The position numbers and the translations under genes were made by a program. A DNA stretch of 64,000 nucleotides from Adineta vaga (Eukaryota; Animalia; Rotifera): contig CP075497.1 of the NCBI GenBank assembly GCA_021613535.1, positions 2,604,001 through 2,668,000 of the forward strand, in the 5' to 3' direction. The notes below the pieces were generated by a model. The model ran no database searches, was not told the DNA's origin, and worked only from the letters and a program-made list of their open reading frames with translations. Positions 1 through 14,344 of the stretch are shown piece after piece (positions within the stretch are counted from its first letter, which is position 1; each line of letters opens with the position of its first letter).

Positions 1-3000
1 CGACAAAATTTCGAATTGTTCCACTATGACATTGAATACAATAATCAGCTTGAAGATATTTCTTTATATTTGAAAGGCCCGAATCTTTTATACAACATAG
101 AACATAGATTGGTGGACGTGGAATGATTGTTCCATTGATTTCTTGATTTTCATCCGCTTTTTTGGATAAATCAGTAGGTAATGTTCTCGAAAGATGTTTT
201 TCCAAGTATCTAAACGGAAAAATTTCATTTGAATTTTTCAATTTTATTCAATTTTTACGTCATTGTATTGACTGCGGCTTTTCGATCTCGATCATAGAAT
301 AAAATAAATCCATCAAAATCAGCTAATTTCACAGAAAATAATGAATGGAATGAAACAGGAATGAATTCAATCTGAAAATAAAAGATGAAAATTCACTTTC
401 TTTTATTTTTGATCAATTACTTGTCGATTAAGATGATCGAGAGATGTTGTTATGAGAAATGATGTATCTCCATATTGATTCGTAGTTATTAAAGAAAATC
501 GAGATGATAATTGAGAAATAAAAATTTCAACATCATTCGTTTCTCCTCCACACATAAAACAAAGAAGAATTCGAAGATCTGTTTGTTTATTCTTTGAACA
601 TTTTCCTTCAACGGATAAAAGTTCTTCAATTGATAATCGAACTTGATTCATTGGAATTTCATTCGAAATATTATTATCAGACCTACAAAATCAACAAAAT
701 TCTCCTCAATCCAATTAAAAATTGACCACTTACTCATTAGATGTTTGACAATTTACTTTCACAATTGGCATATCTAAACAAAAACAACGTATTTCGTTTA
801 TCATCAACGAAATAAGTTTTTAATTGATACATACTATCAATATTAAGAGAAATCTTTTTCTGAGAAATATAATCTTCTAAAATCTCACGACCATTGAATG
901 ACACAATAAGACAACCTAAATAACATTTCATTGAATTCATTTTCTAATGAAAATCTAGTTAACTAACCATCAATGGATTGAGTTTTGACATTATCTAATG
1001 TCCATAAATTGATTGCCAATGTATTCACTAATGATAAATCGTTCTAGAAATAAAAATCAGACATAGACAACTATAAGGGATGAAAACGTAGATTGAATTT
1101 TGATAGTTTCTCTATGACCTTTACAAAATCGTTCATTAATAATAGTACGCCACCTTGAGACTCACTTATACAGATGACCGAACGATTCATAGGGTAAATA
1201 AGCTCATCCTTCGGCATGTATGAGAAAAGAATGATTTTAACTTTGTAAAACAAACATAATTAAAAACTAATCAATGATTTTTAGACTTTTCAAGAAAAGA
1301 AATAGGTTTTATAAAATTCTTACCGAAAGATTTCGTAGATAGTTATTCATATCATTTTCACTTCCACAAAGTAAAATATTCCTAAAAGAAAAAGAAAATT
1401 CTCATCATCTTTCAATTCAATGCAATATCTTACTTATTAAGAGATTTTTTTGATGGTAATCGTGAGAAAAATTCATTCAATATTCGTACATCGGCACATG
1501 TTTCTTCCATTGGACATCCAATTTCAAATTTTCTTTTACTTAAATTTTCATTATCATTCGTTGTATTCGATTGAATTTTTCTTGTATAGGGACAAAAATT
1601 ATCATCAATATTAAAATTATTATTGAATAACGATATTGATGAAGATTTTCGTCGTTTGAACGAACGTTTACGTTGTTTGATCAAACGATTTAAATTTCTT
1701 ATTAATGGATAATAAATACAATCGTATAAAAAATGACAATGACACATGATTAATCGATGACGATCAGTTTCTCGATTATTCAATGCTTTATATCTTAAAA
1801 ATACAATTGAATATAAGTGATTCAAATTATTTATTTCACTTACCGTGAATCATATTTTATTTGTTGAATTATTTCTTTTTCAAATATATCATCAATGGTC
1901 AATGTTGTGACATTTTTATCATTAATTCCTTGATTGGTTGTTGCTGAATTCATTTTATGAAATGTATCAATAAAAATTTCTAAGGATTCAAATAATAATT
2001 CAACAAATTTTAAACATATGGAACGATAAAGATAAGATTGATGGAATGCAAACACACGTAGACGATCTTGAGCAGGTAATGATTCATAACATTCACGACC
2101 CAAAAAATAAACACAATCTTTTTCATATGCATGACCATATTGAACAAGACCAGCATCAGAAAATCGATTGAGTAATTCAAAAAATGAACGACAATTAGAT
2201 CGACGAGTTTGTTCTAATTGACGACTAGTTATATAAGATTCAAAACAAAGACGAGCTTCAGGTGTATCAAGTAAATCATCAGGAATGATTAATGTTGAGG
2301 ATTGAGTTCCATTGTTATGCTCAGCATCTGACCACATCGAAGATGGTATCACAGTTGATGAATAGCGAGGATGTTTTTGCATCTGTGAACGTACGTAATC
2401 CCAATTTCTAAACAAATATTCATTAGATATAAAAATGTTACCTTAGAAAATATCGAATGGTGTCTACTACAGACAGGTTTCAATAGAGGAGAGAAAAAAA
2501 AATTGAATCGATACTGACGATCATCTTTCCTTCAAGACAAATGTCACGTATGTAAGATAGTATTTGTAATTCTAAGAATGATCTACTCGATCACATCTAT
2601 TCAATATTGAGTTTTAAATTTCGAAATGAAACATATAATTTGCACGTTAAGAACAATAAAAACTTATTGAAATTCAGAATAGTAAACAATTGTCTCGAGT
2701 ATGAACTAGTATTTATATTATTTGAAAACAAAATTCAATGAATAACTTGACAGATGACTGAAAATATGATTTAAACTTTCGACAGGAATAATGTTTATTC
2801 TGTCCTATTTGTCGGTGAAAAAAAAAGTCTTGTCCTGTTCTCACCTTTGATTGGTAATAACGGACAACAATCGGCTACCTTTTGAAAAGGTTTGTTTGAC
2901 TTTTTCTTTTCTAATGTCTATCAAACGAGGACAACATCAAAATCATAATTATAAACTCGTATTCGAATGAATGTCGTTGGGTATGAGAGAGAGAGAAAGG

Positions 3001-4225
3001 AATGTTTATATTTGGATATTTCGATCAATGTAGACTTGGTATTGATACCTCAGAAGTGTGTATTATTTTTTCAATTCATTAATTCTGCATATAAATTTCA
3101 ATTAACTAAGTTCTATCGAAAAAAAGATCATTTTTCTTCTTACCTGGATAGTTTCGTTTTTTGATCTGTTATAAGGAATTCAATAATCGGAATTAATCTT
3201 TCATCGATTAATTTTTGTCTTGAGACTCGTTTTAATTCTTCATTATGTTCATTGTAAAGACGTTCAGCTTGTTGTTGACCAAACATATCAATAAATGTTC
3301 GAATACTTGTATGATGTTGCCAAGTATTATAAAATCTATCCCAAGACATCGATCGAAAATCTAAAACATGTCGCGTTAATAATGTTCGAAATTCAGCTTG
3401 TGTCACATGTTTTATTGATTGTTCATTTCTATATGCATCTTCATAGGTTGGTGGGAGAAATTTTGTTAAAGATAGAGTTGCTTGAGATGCTTTTCGTGAT
3501 GATAAAATATTTGGTTCATCACATACATAAAGAGCAAGTTCAAGAATAGCTGGAATGTTAATATGTTCATCAGCTGATGTATGTAGAATTGGAATATGAG
3601 ATAATAATTGTGAATCATTTGAAGATGCACGTCGAATGGATTGTTCAAATTGTAATGCTAAATTTGATTGATTGTCGATCAAATTATTTTTTGTTGTTAT
3701 AATTAATACTGGACGACGAGTTTTAAAAAGAGAATGTAGAAGAAATAAAAGATCAGAGATTTGTTTTGTTGATGATAAATCATGTATACATAAAAAAGCA
3801 TCAATGGTTATTTTATCTTTTGGAAATGTTTTCACTTGTGGATAATCAGCATCATGGAGAAATTTTTCTTCACTACGTAATGTTAATGATGTAATACGTT
3901 TAATATAATTATCATATTGTTCATTATCATCAATAGCTATAGTTGAATGTTCAATTAAATGAAATAATGCTTCACGTTTTTCATCTGACCGTCGATGTTT
4001 TACTGAACCCCAATAAAACCATGTTGCATTTTGTTGCGAATGTTTTAATGATTGATTTTTCGATTGAAATAATCGATAATTATCAATATTTGAATCAATT
4101 AAACGTTTACATAATGAAGATTTACCTGACAATGGATTAATACTAACTACAGCAAGAGTATATGTTGGTGGTAATAAAACTGAATTAGGTAAACCGCTTG
4201 AAACGATAGCGGTACTTTTAGACAT
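1..4225 (-). CDS. p190 RhoGAP-like protein (ARHGAP35/ARHGAP5 family), 5' part; continues beyond the left edge
   Basis: Exon 4225-3144 encodes the p190 N-terminal GTPase-like domain (PTYTLAVV..GKSSLCKRL, WFYWGSV, YIKRI, IDAFLCIHDLS) and FF-like repeats. Phase-consistent exons follow at 2407-1844, 1793-1434, 1381-1324, 1043-968 and further left. The RhoGAP domain is not in the window. Confidence 0.8.
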
Positions 4226-5253
4226 GATATATTATCCATTCAAGGACATACCGAATGGATGCGTGTATAATACGAAAAAGAAAAAAAAATCTAAAAATAT
4301 ATACGTGAATTATATTTCGTTTCTTTTTTTTTCTCTCTCGATACAATCTACAGGTGTTGTTAAATAGAAACGAAATCAATTATACGATGAAAAGACGAAA
4401 AAGAAAAACGAAAGAGAGAACAATGACGCGACGCGATATTTCTATGTATTCATAATTGTCATATTCATTTTTCATCGATTTGTAATATGAGTAGAACGAA
4501 TGTGATAAATGAAAAATGAGAACAATACATTTTCTTACTTTTGTTAAAAGACAGAAGTCTCAACAAGATATTCAAATAGAAAGAAAAACAAAACGATGTC
4601 AGATTTCTTTCTATTTCAATTGTGAACATAAAATAATAAATAACAGTTAGATATGGTTAAGAATGAATGTAATCATTCCGATAAAATATTATTCTTTTCC
4701 AGATTAGTTAAATAGTTAAACGTCGAAAGAGAATATGTTATGAATTAAGTAATTTATCAAGAGAATTCTTGTTGAATACATGCATGTATGCACGCCCTTT
4801 GAAAAAAATAAAAACAAACAAAAAATTGTTGACAAGTTCAAATCAGAATAATCTTTTTATTGGATAAAAAATCTATCCTAATGATGCATATTTTAACGAT
4901 AGATGGCGTTAGATAGATCTAAGATAAAAATAATTGAATTAAGAAAAGAATATTGTTTTCATTCGAAGAAGAATATTTCAGATTAGAAAATATTTACAGA
5001 GAAGGAATTTTTTCGAAAACCTTCAATCTGAAAAACTGGACTGATGATTCGTTCCGATCCTCTATCCATAAGATCGTTAACGTCACCATTCCAAAGCTCA
5101 TTACAGTTTTAGAAAAACGTGATTGGTTCGATGATTTACCATCGCAATAATCGACCTGCATCATCTATCTGATGCAAAACGGATATTTCCCATGATGTCA
5201 ATATACTATATATATATTTCAGAAGTTTTCTCAATTTTTAGATAAATTTGAAC

Positions 5254-7446
5254 ATGGCTTCTGGTGGCAAAGCTCCTCAAGAAAATCAACAGGTAATATT
5301 CTTCTCAAAGACAGAAGAAGAAGACTTGATGTCAAGGTTTCTATGAACTTTATTCTATTTATATGATTAGAATACAAATTCAACGACAAACGAAGAAGAT
5401 TGTGCTGAAGGTTGCTACGGTATTTTACCATTAATTCAATCGAAAGAGAAAGTTGATCGTCAATTGCTTCCTGTACGTAATGTTAATGAAGCATTAGCTA
5501 AACAAATAATATGGGTACGTGGACGACTTCATACAAGCCGTGGTAAAGGAAAGCAATGTTTTTTTGTAATTCGACATCAATCAGCTACTATACAAGCTGT
5601 TCTCTATGTTAATGAAAATGTCAGTAAACAAATGGTGAAATTTGTTACAAAGTAAGATTTTCATCAATGAATAGAAATGCTCTAATGAAACAACGTCTTT
5701 TTTTAATTTCATATAGTATTTCTAAAGAAAGTATTATCGATGTTGAAGGTGAAGTTTCATTAGCACCATCACCTATTGAATCATGTACACAAAAGACTGT
5801 GGAATTACAAGTGAAAAAGGTAGATTTAATTAAGAATTTGATTTATTTTCAAAAGAATTTTTATCATATGATTTATGAATTAGGTATTTGTTGTTAGTGC
5901 AGCAGAACCTCGTTTACCATTATTGGTCGAAGATGCTATGCGATCAGAAGAGGCAACTGGTCCCGATGCTCAAGCAGGACCTCATGTGAATCAAGATACA
6001 CGTCTTGACAATCGTGTGATAGATTTGTAAGTTTACTTGATCTCTTTTCTCTAAGAAGAAAAAGGAGATTCAATGATATGTACTTTTCTAGACGTACGCC
6101 AGCAAATCAAGCTATTTATCGTGTTGAAGCAGGTGTATGTAAATTATTTCGCGATACCCTTGATGCAAAAGGTTTTGTTGAAATTCACACACCAAAAATA
6201 ATCTCAGGTTGGTAGATTGATTGAAGAATTCTAGAGAATTAAATGGAATATCTATTCATTATTGTTTTTAGCTGCATCGGAAGGCGGTGCGAATGTTTTC
6301 CAAGTAACTTATTTCAAATCGAATGCCTATTTAGCACAATCACCGCAATTCTATAAACAAATGGCAATTGCTGCTGATTTTGAGAAAGTTTATACCATTG
6401 GAGCAGGTATAAACTTTGATTTGTTCTCTGAATCGTATGAATTTGTTTTATTTGATTGAAATAGTCTTTCGTGCTGAAGATTCTAATACACATCGGCATT
6501 TAACAGAATTCGTTGGTCTCGATCTTGAAATGGCATTTGGTTATCATTATCATGAAGTCGTCGATACAATTGGTGATTTATTTACACAAATTTTCAAAGG
6601 TCTTCCCGAACGGTAAGTTTATATTTGTTCTTAATCTCGTTTGAATTCATTTTCGTTAATTACGTATAGATTTGCTACAGAAATTGCTATTATTAATAAA
6701 CAATATCCTTGTGAACCTTTTGAATATGTTGAGCCTGCGTAAGTTTCTCGTGACAATTAAGTAGTTTTGTCATGAAAACAATATTTTGTAGTTTACGTCT
6801 TCAATATAAAGATGGTGTTGCATTACTTGCTGAAGCTGGAATTCAAATGGGTTCAGAAGATGATTTAACAACTGAAAATGAACGTATTTTGGGTGGTATT
6901 GTAAAGAAAAAAGTTAGTTTTTATCGATATTTATGTATTCTATGTCTCTATATTTATTTTGTTTTGTTGTGTTTATAGTATCATACCGACTTTTATATTC
7001 TCGACAGATATCCATTGGCTGTTCGACCATTCTATACCATGCCTGATCCAAACGACCCTGTACGATGTTTTTTTTCTTCGTTTTTTCTTATAATTAAACT
7101 CTTTTAATTCTTAGAAATATTCTAACAGTTATGATATGTTCATCCGTGGTGAAGAAATTCTTTCAGGTGCTCAACGTATTCATGGTAAATTTCGACATTA
7201 AAATTCATTTCCAATATTTTAATTCTTATGTATATTCTAGAATATAAATTATTACTCGAACGAGTTAAACATCACAAAATTAACGAAGACCAAATTCGAT
7301 CTTACCTTAATGCATTTCAATATGGTTGTCCACCACATGGTGGTGGAGGTATCGGTTTAGAACGTGTTATCATGCTTTATTTAGGTTTGGGCAATGTTCG
7401 CAAAACATCAATGTTTCCACGTGATCCCAAACGTATTACGCCATAA
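5254..7446 (+). CDS. DARS1: Cytoplasmic aspartate--tRNA ligase, multi-exon
   Basis: OB-fold ([16 protein letters not shown]), [33 protein letters not shown], motif 2 [15 protein letters not shown] and motif 3 [26 protein letters not shown] at 5254; first intron 5293-5370. Confidence 0.97.
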
Positions 7447-8866
7447 ATGATGATCTGATCCGTTTTTTTGATTTTTGCTTTTACAAATCGTTTACTTTTT
7501 ATTTGTCGGACAGTTCATCTAAGACAAAAAGAACAAGAACAGTTAATCATTTTGTTAAATGATATAAAATGTTAAAACTTAAAACATATTTTATAAAAAC
7601 AATAATTTATTTCATTCCTAGACCTATCGATCATAGTTGATCATTATCTCGAGACACGTACGTGAAAAATTAAGCCTAGAAGAGCTTATCATTAAATGAT
7701 AACGATTTCTATTGAGATATTTAAATGAATAGATTGACTCATTATGAGTTTAATAGAGATGTTCGCATGTAAATATCAGATGAAACGAGACAATGCTCTC
7801 TCTTTTTTTTCTAATATAAACTATTCTTTTGTCCGAAAGTAATCAATACTGATTTATGTTTGACAAGCGTTGTTGAATAGAGTACGTCATAGTTCTCTTT
7901 TGTTGGCTATTATTTGTCCACGCTTGTTAAATGCTTGAGGATAGAGGAGAATTATATCTAGATAGGTAAAAGCTCGTTCGATCTCTTTTCAAAGGTCACT
8001 GTATCGATATGTTCTTCATGTCGCCGTTCATTCCTCGCGTTTCTTTTTTTTTATTTGCGTAGAGAAAAGAATTACACATGTATGTAGTCAAAATGAGGAG
8101 ATGCTTGGCCTTTCTTCTTCTTCTGCTACATTATATCTACATGATAGCATACTATTTTATAAAATGTATACATATATACATATAATCTAGATGTTCTAAT
8201 TCAGGGACGACGTTGCACTCCACTAACTCTGACATTTGCTTATTACCTATACACTTACGTCATTTGAGCGCGACAGTTGATTAGATATCTTTGTTATGCA
8301 AAATTGATGTTTTTTCTTCTGTTGAATCGATATTATTTAATCTTTTTTTGGGTATATTGCGATGAATATTATTCTAATATAAGTTTCTTTTTTTCTACTT
8401 TCAAATGAGAAATAGTTTGACTGATTTCGAGATGAAGAAAACAAAGAAAAGTCAAACTAAAACTTTATATTCGCATGGTTAGTCCTTCTCCTTTTTTTTA
8501 TTTTATTGAAACTTGCTTGTTCGTTACATCTCGCGTCGTCTTTCTATTAAATATTCATTTTTTTTACTTCTGTCTAAGTTTAACAACGGCGGACGAACAG
8601 GAGTAGAAGGTGACTAGTAGAAATAAAAGAAAAGAGAAGAGAAGAGAAGAGGAGAGAAAAAAAAGCGGGTCTTAACTCTCGTTTTTTTGTTATTCTTTCT
8701 TCCATCATTCATCGTTAGAGATGTATTACTCACACACGCATACACATAAATATATATATGATAATTTTTCGAAAAATATCAATATACAATTATTCATAGG
8801 AATTTTATTTATATTTTAAGATTTCAAAATTTTTCGTCTACTTTAATATGATATAAACATAACATC

Positions 8867-11800
8867 ATGTCGAGAATGACACAGCCAAATTATTGCAGTT
8901 GTACTGGTAAGATCGACTTTTTGCTAATGATTTTGAAAGGAAAATTTTTGTTTCTTTTTCTTGTGAAATAGTACATCAAGCTCGAAATTTACCAGATAAA
9001 GGCAAGAGTAATGGTATGTGATTTCTTTGTTTGATTGAATAAAAAAATGATTGTCATTGATTCTTTTTTTTTCTTTTCAATATTGAAGGAATTGATGCTT
9101 TTTGTACAATATCAATGGGTAAAGAGAAATTCGTCACTGCTGTACGAGAAAAAACTCGTACACCTGAATGGCAAGAACAATGTGAAATGTGAGAGAGTTT
9201 TTTTTTTCAACAAAAAATTATTTTTTTTATTCACATTTTTATAGGCCGATTGTTGATGATGCTATTATTAAATTAACTGTTTATCATAATACAAAAAATG
9301 CCCTATCAAAAGGTGATTTTGTCGGTCGTACTTACGTTTCTTTACGAGATTTACAAGATTATGATCGTATCCATCGACGGTAACAAATCATATCTCATTG
9401 ATTCGATCTAATTGATTTTTTATTTGCAGCTGGTATAAATTGACAAATAAGGATGGTAAAACCGATAAAGAACGAGGAGAAATCGATGTTTCCTTACAAT
9501 TCTTTTCGAAAAATGATACAACTGGAAGTGTATTGGATTTAGCGACGAAGAAAAAGCATCTTTCATTGAAAGATATTAAACATTCGTTAGGTGAGAAAAA
9601 GAAAATATAACATTTCAATGTCTAGGAGAAAACAGATCTCACGAGAATAAAGTTTTTTTTTCACAACCTTGAAATAATTCTCAAAGGGATGAAGTTGAAA
9701 AGGATTAATTTTTCTTTTATGACATGTTGCATTTGAGATTATTCTTAGCAAAACTAACAAAATAATGATTGTCAAAGGTTTCTGTTGCCAATGAATGAAT
9801 GAATGTGAAAGGGAAAAGATGAAAAATTTAGTTTACGAAAACCGTCGACTTTTTCTTGTGTCAATGGGACGAGATTGAATAGTAATGATGATGAAGTACC
9901 GATTAGATTCTTTTCATTGAGAATAATATTATATAGTCAAGGTGGATTTCAAGATCAATTTACATTTTCTTTCTATTTCCATCAGTTTAACGATGAAAAA
10001 TATTTGTTTTGATAAGATCAATTTTTTCCTTCTTTCAGGTGGTAAATTAAAAACAGCCTCGAAACATAAAAAACAGGATAATTATAATGGCGATAATCAG
10101 GTATGTATTCGATTTTTCTTCTTCTTTTATTATGAGAGCAAAAAAGGAAACGAATGAATTTATTCTAAATAATCTTTTTTTTGTCAATGTCAAAATGGAT
10201 TAATTATTTTTCAGTTAGCGGAACAGCGTCGCCGTCTAGGTGGCGGCGAGGATAGTACGTTTAACGTACGCGATTTTCTCGATGATTCAGCATCGGAGGT
10301 GAGAGAGATCACTCAATATACTATCGACAATAATATGCATTCACTTAACTCTTAGCTTTGTATCATTATCTTCTTCTTCTTCTTCTTTGGTACTAATTCA
10401 CATTTTAATTTTACTTACACAGCTTTTTTCTCTAACTATTCATTGTAGTCACAAAATTCGGATAGACTAACTTGGGATGCTTCTTCTCTTCAAGAAGAAG
10501 ATAACGGAGAGGTTTGCATTCAATATTGCTGCTTCTTTTCTTCGATTAACCTAATCAATTATTTAATTTTTGATCGATCAAAAATAAAATAATCGTTCCT
10601 TTTTTTTCATTTTTATTCTAGTCAACATCATTTGCAGGATCACATATGTCTTTGAATAGTATGTCCTATAATAATCATGTCGAAGCACAACATAAAAAGG
10701 TATGTTGAAAACTTTTTATCAATAAATTTATTCATCGAAGTTTTTCTATTAGTCCATGTCTTTGAATAGACGAGAGGATGATGTAAGTCAGCATTTATTT
10801 TATCCCTTCATATGCATGTATATGTATCTATTGTTCTTTTTGATTATTGCATTTATCTGAAAGATATGCATGTATGGTTTATTTTTCTTATTTAAGTTAA
10901 AGATTTCTTGAGAGTATATGTATGTATGTGTGGGCGGGTTTCATGACATTTCTTTTTCTTGAGAAAGTTTTAGAGATTTTTCGATCGATTTGGTTATTCT
11001 TTTATTGTTGGGATATAAATAGAAATGAAAAACATATCTTTTTAACAGATACCTCGTGCACCGAGTAGTGGACTCGGATCGATCTTAGGTACAGGCACAC
11101 CACATTCATCACGTCGTTCGATTACATCCGATTATGATACATCATCCATACTTGATTCAGCATCAATGTATGGTGGTGAAGAACCATCTTCTTCATCGCC
11201 TCCAATTCGTTCTCAAGTACAACAGCAGCAACAGCGTGAAGTGTATGTTGGTGATGATTTACCACCACGAAGTAATTCGACTCGTAAAAAGTCGAAAGAA
11301 CCTTCACCCTCAACAACATTACCAACAATCGTTACACCAAAAACTACCAACAATTCTCCACCATTACGAAGCACAGACCATAATCGAAGTTTTTCCGTTA
11401 CAGGTGATGATATCGAAGCAGCATTTGATGCAATTAATGATTATAAAACATCGAATAATGAATCGAAAGATTATGACAATTCAGCACATGATTCTTTATT
11501 TGGTTTATCAACAATAAAAGAAGCGACTGATACAGATGAAGTTACTCTTGGTATCAATTCACCTATAACACATACCGATGAAGAAATGGATGAAATCGAT
11601 TTTGATAATTGCTTCAATAAATACAAACAAAAAAATCAAACAAAAGTTATCGAAGAAAAACCACCGAAAGCATCAGCTCCATCGACACCTGTTCATCAAA
11701 AAACGTCCAAACCGTCCGAAACAAAATCAGTTCGTCATTCCAATGAAACAAAACGTCCAGCACCTGTCCAAACAGAAGAAATTCGTACTCCATTAGCTTC

Positions 11801-13380
11801 CATTCCAACACCTAACGTTACTCCCTCTTCATTAAAACTAAAAGACACGATTGAAAATGATCCCAATGATTCTGGTGATGAAGATGTTGATGAACTATTG
11901 GGTAAACTCGAGGTAAGTATTTCTCTATAATTCATACACTCACACATACATACATACACATACATACATATACACACAATAATAACTTTTAGTACTATCG
12001 CTTTTTCTTCTTCTTCTTCTTCTTGCAAAATATTTAATCACTTCTTGTTCATATAATCTCTTGTAGAAATGCACGTCTATAGATCTTGCACGATTATTTA
12101 CCCCTTAGAAATACCTTTGCTTCATTTGTTGCTTTATGTAGAGATATGTATACATGTATGTATCTTTATGTGCGTGTGTGTGTGTGTAGTGTCCCAAAGA
12201 TCAAAAGACATAAAAAAAAGAACCTAATTTCATTTAGCGAATGTCCAGCATACGTTCGTCGGTAAAACGAAAAATTCAACCCAAAGACGATATAATGCAA
12301 CAATCATTTTCTGAGGTAAACCTATTTAGTATTTCACTTGCTTTTTTTATTAAAACGACACACCTTTCCGTTTTTTTTCCCACTGTAATTAAAATGTCTT
12401 ATTGAGAACAATTGTCTATATATATATTTCCAGCTATTATCCTCTGAAAATCAACATCGTCCGATTAATTTGAAGTATTCAACACTTCAAACAAATAAGA
12501 AAATTCAAAGTCGAGTTTTATCATTTGATGATATTGATGATATAGCCACGCCAAGTATCGATATTGAACCTAATCATGTTGTAAGAATAAATGCATGGAG
12601 ATATATTCTAAGACGACATATCTATATCTATATCTATATCTATATTATTTTAACTTTTTGTCCCCATTGATATGCATGCAATGACGGTGCGCTCTCGATA
12701 TAATCTGTATTTATTTGTTTTTAATCATCGCATGTTCATGTTAACTGTGTCGTATTGTTTTGAAGATTGATTTTTCTTTTTTCAATTTGAATGAAATGTA
12801 ATTTCTTGTTTAGCTTGATCCACCGAATAATAATCAAATTTTCAATGGTTACGCACAAAATCAATCGTCACCATTTATGCATCGAAATGATCGAAATAGT
12901 AGTACAACACTACCAGATATTGTTGGTGAGCAATCAACGAAAAGTAAAATGAAACTTTCTTTTGAACCGTTGAAATAATTGATTCGATTTTGTTAAGATT
13001 TACGTCCAGGACCCAATCGAAGTTCCGTATCATCGACGATTTCAAACAATAAAAAAGCAACTGATAATGGTCTTTGTGTACTTGGTTATGAGAATGTAAA
13101 AAGTGCACCTGTTCATGCAAAAGTTCGTCAAGAACTTGATTATCTCGATCGTGAAGTAAGATAGTTTTCATTGAATTTTCATTACAATGAAAAAAAAACA
13201 ATTTCTCATCAATAGGAACTTCTTCATGTAATTGCTTATCAATCAGATTTATTAAAAAAACGTGATACACGATTGAAAGATTTAGAAAATTATACGGATA
13301 GTTTACTTGTTAAAATTCTTGAACAATGTCCATCAATACTTCAAGTAGGAACATCTTCATCAAGATCAAAATATCGATAA
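8867..13380 (+). CDS. Class I Rab11 family-interacting protein (N-terminal C2 domain, C-terminal FIP-RBD)
   Basis: Spliced N-terminus reads CTVHQARNLPDKGKSNGIDAFCTISMGKEKFVTAVREKTRTPEWQEQC (Rab11-FIP1/2/5-type C2). A long S/T/P-rich middle follows. The last exon reads LKDLENYTDSLLVKILEQCPSILQ (RBD), with TAA at 13378-13380. Confidence 0.9.
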
Positions 13381-14344
13381 TTCTTACATTCACATGCTTT
13401 CACTAATTCTCTTTCTTTTTCTATATTGTCGCTCACATTGCACATACAATACTTGCTGCTAAAGTTAACTATGCGCTCCTTTATGCTTTGTCTTTTTGAC
13501 CTATAGTGTCTTTCTTGATGTTAAACGACGATCATCAACGTTCCATCTTATTCTAGAACGGACCTATCAAATACAACAGCAAATGAATATTGATATGTGA
13601 ACGTGAGCGTCTGTACACTTGTTCATAATCAGGGAGCAGTCGTATGGTTCTATTATAGAAATTAATGTTCTTTCTACGTTCTCTTCATTTTTTTTCTTCT
13701 GTTATAACCTGTGAAAAAAAAGAATCTGCTGTTCTACTTTGATGAGCCGGTGTTTTCTCCTTTTTTTCTAAAATTAAATAGTGCCTTTTTTTTGTATATA
13801 ATTTCTATTATTATTTAATTAATATCTTGCTATTCTATTTTATTTTCTTTTCTTTTTCATATAAACATATATTTATATTATATGAAAGTTTCTATTCAGT
13901 TCTCTTCTTTTCAGTGTATTGAATAGTTATCATTTAAGCTTCTCTTCTCTATTTATTCATTTGTATTCTTGTCTTTGTCTCCTTTTTACATACAAATCTT
14001 GTGACATATTTATCACAAGAAAAATAAATGTCCTAATGAATCAAAACATCAATTGTTAATAGTACAAATGTTGATGAACTTCTGTTGAGTTGAGAAGGAG
14101 CAAAGAAAAGGATAAGAAAGATATATATATATGCATTAACATTGAACGCCCTCTCCTCCAATGAAGAGGTCATGTATAGGCACAGTGTAATGGCGATTCT
14201 AATTTTGATACATGTACACACACATTCTTTATGAAAACTCAGTGAATGAATCATCGATTTTGTTCTTTCTCTATTATTAGATCAATACATATATTTATGT
14301 GAAAAAAAACAGATCGTTTGTATTGGTTAATTGAAAAAGTCGTG

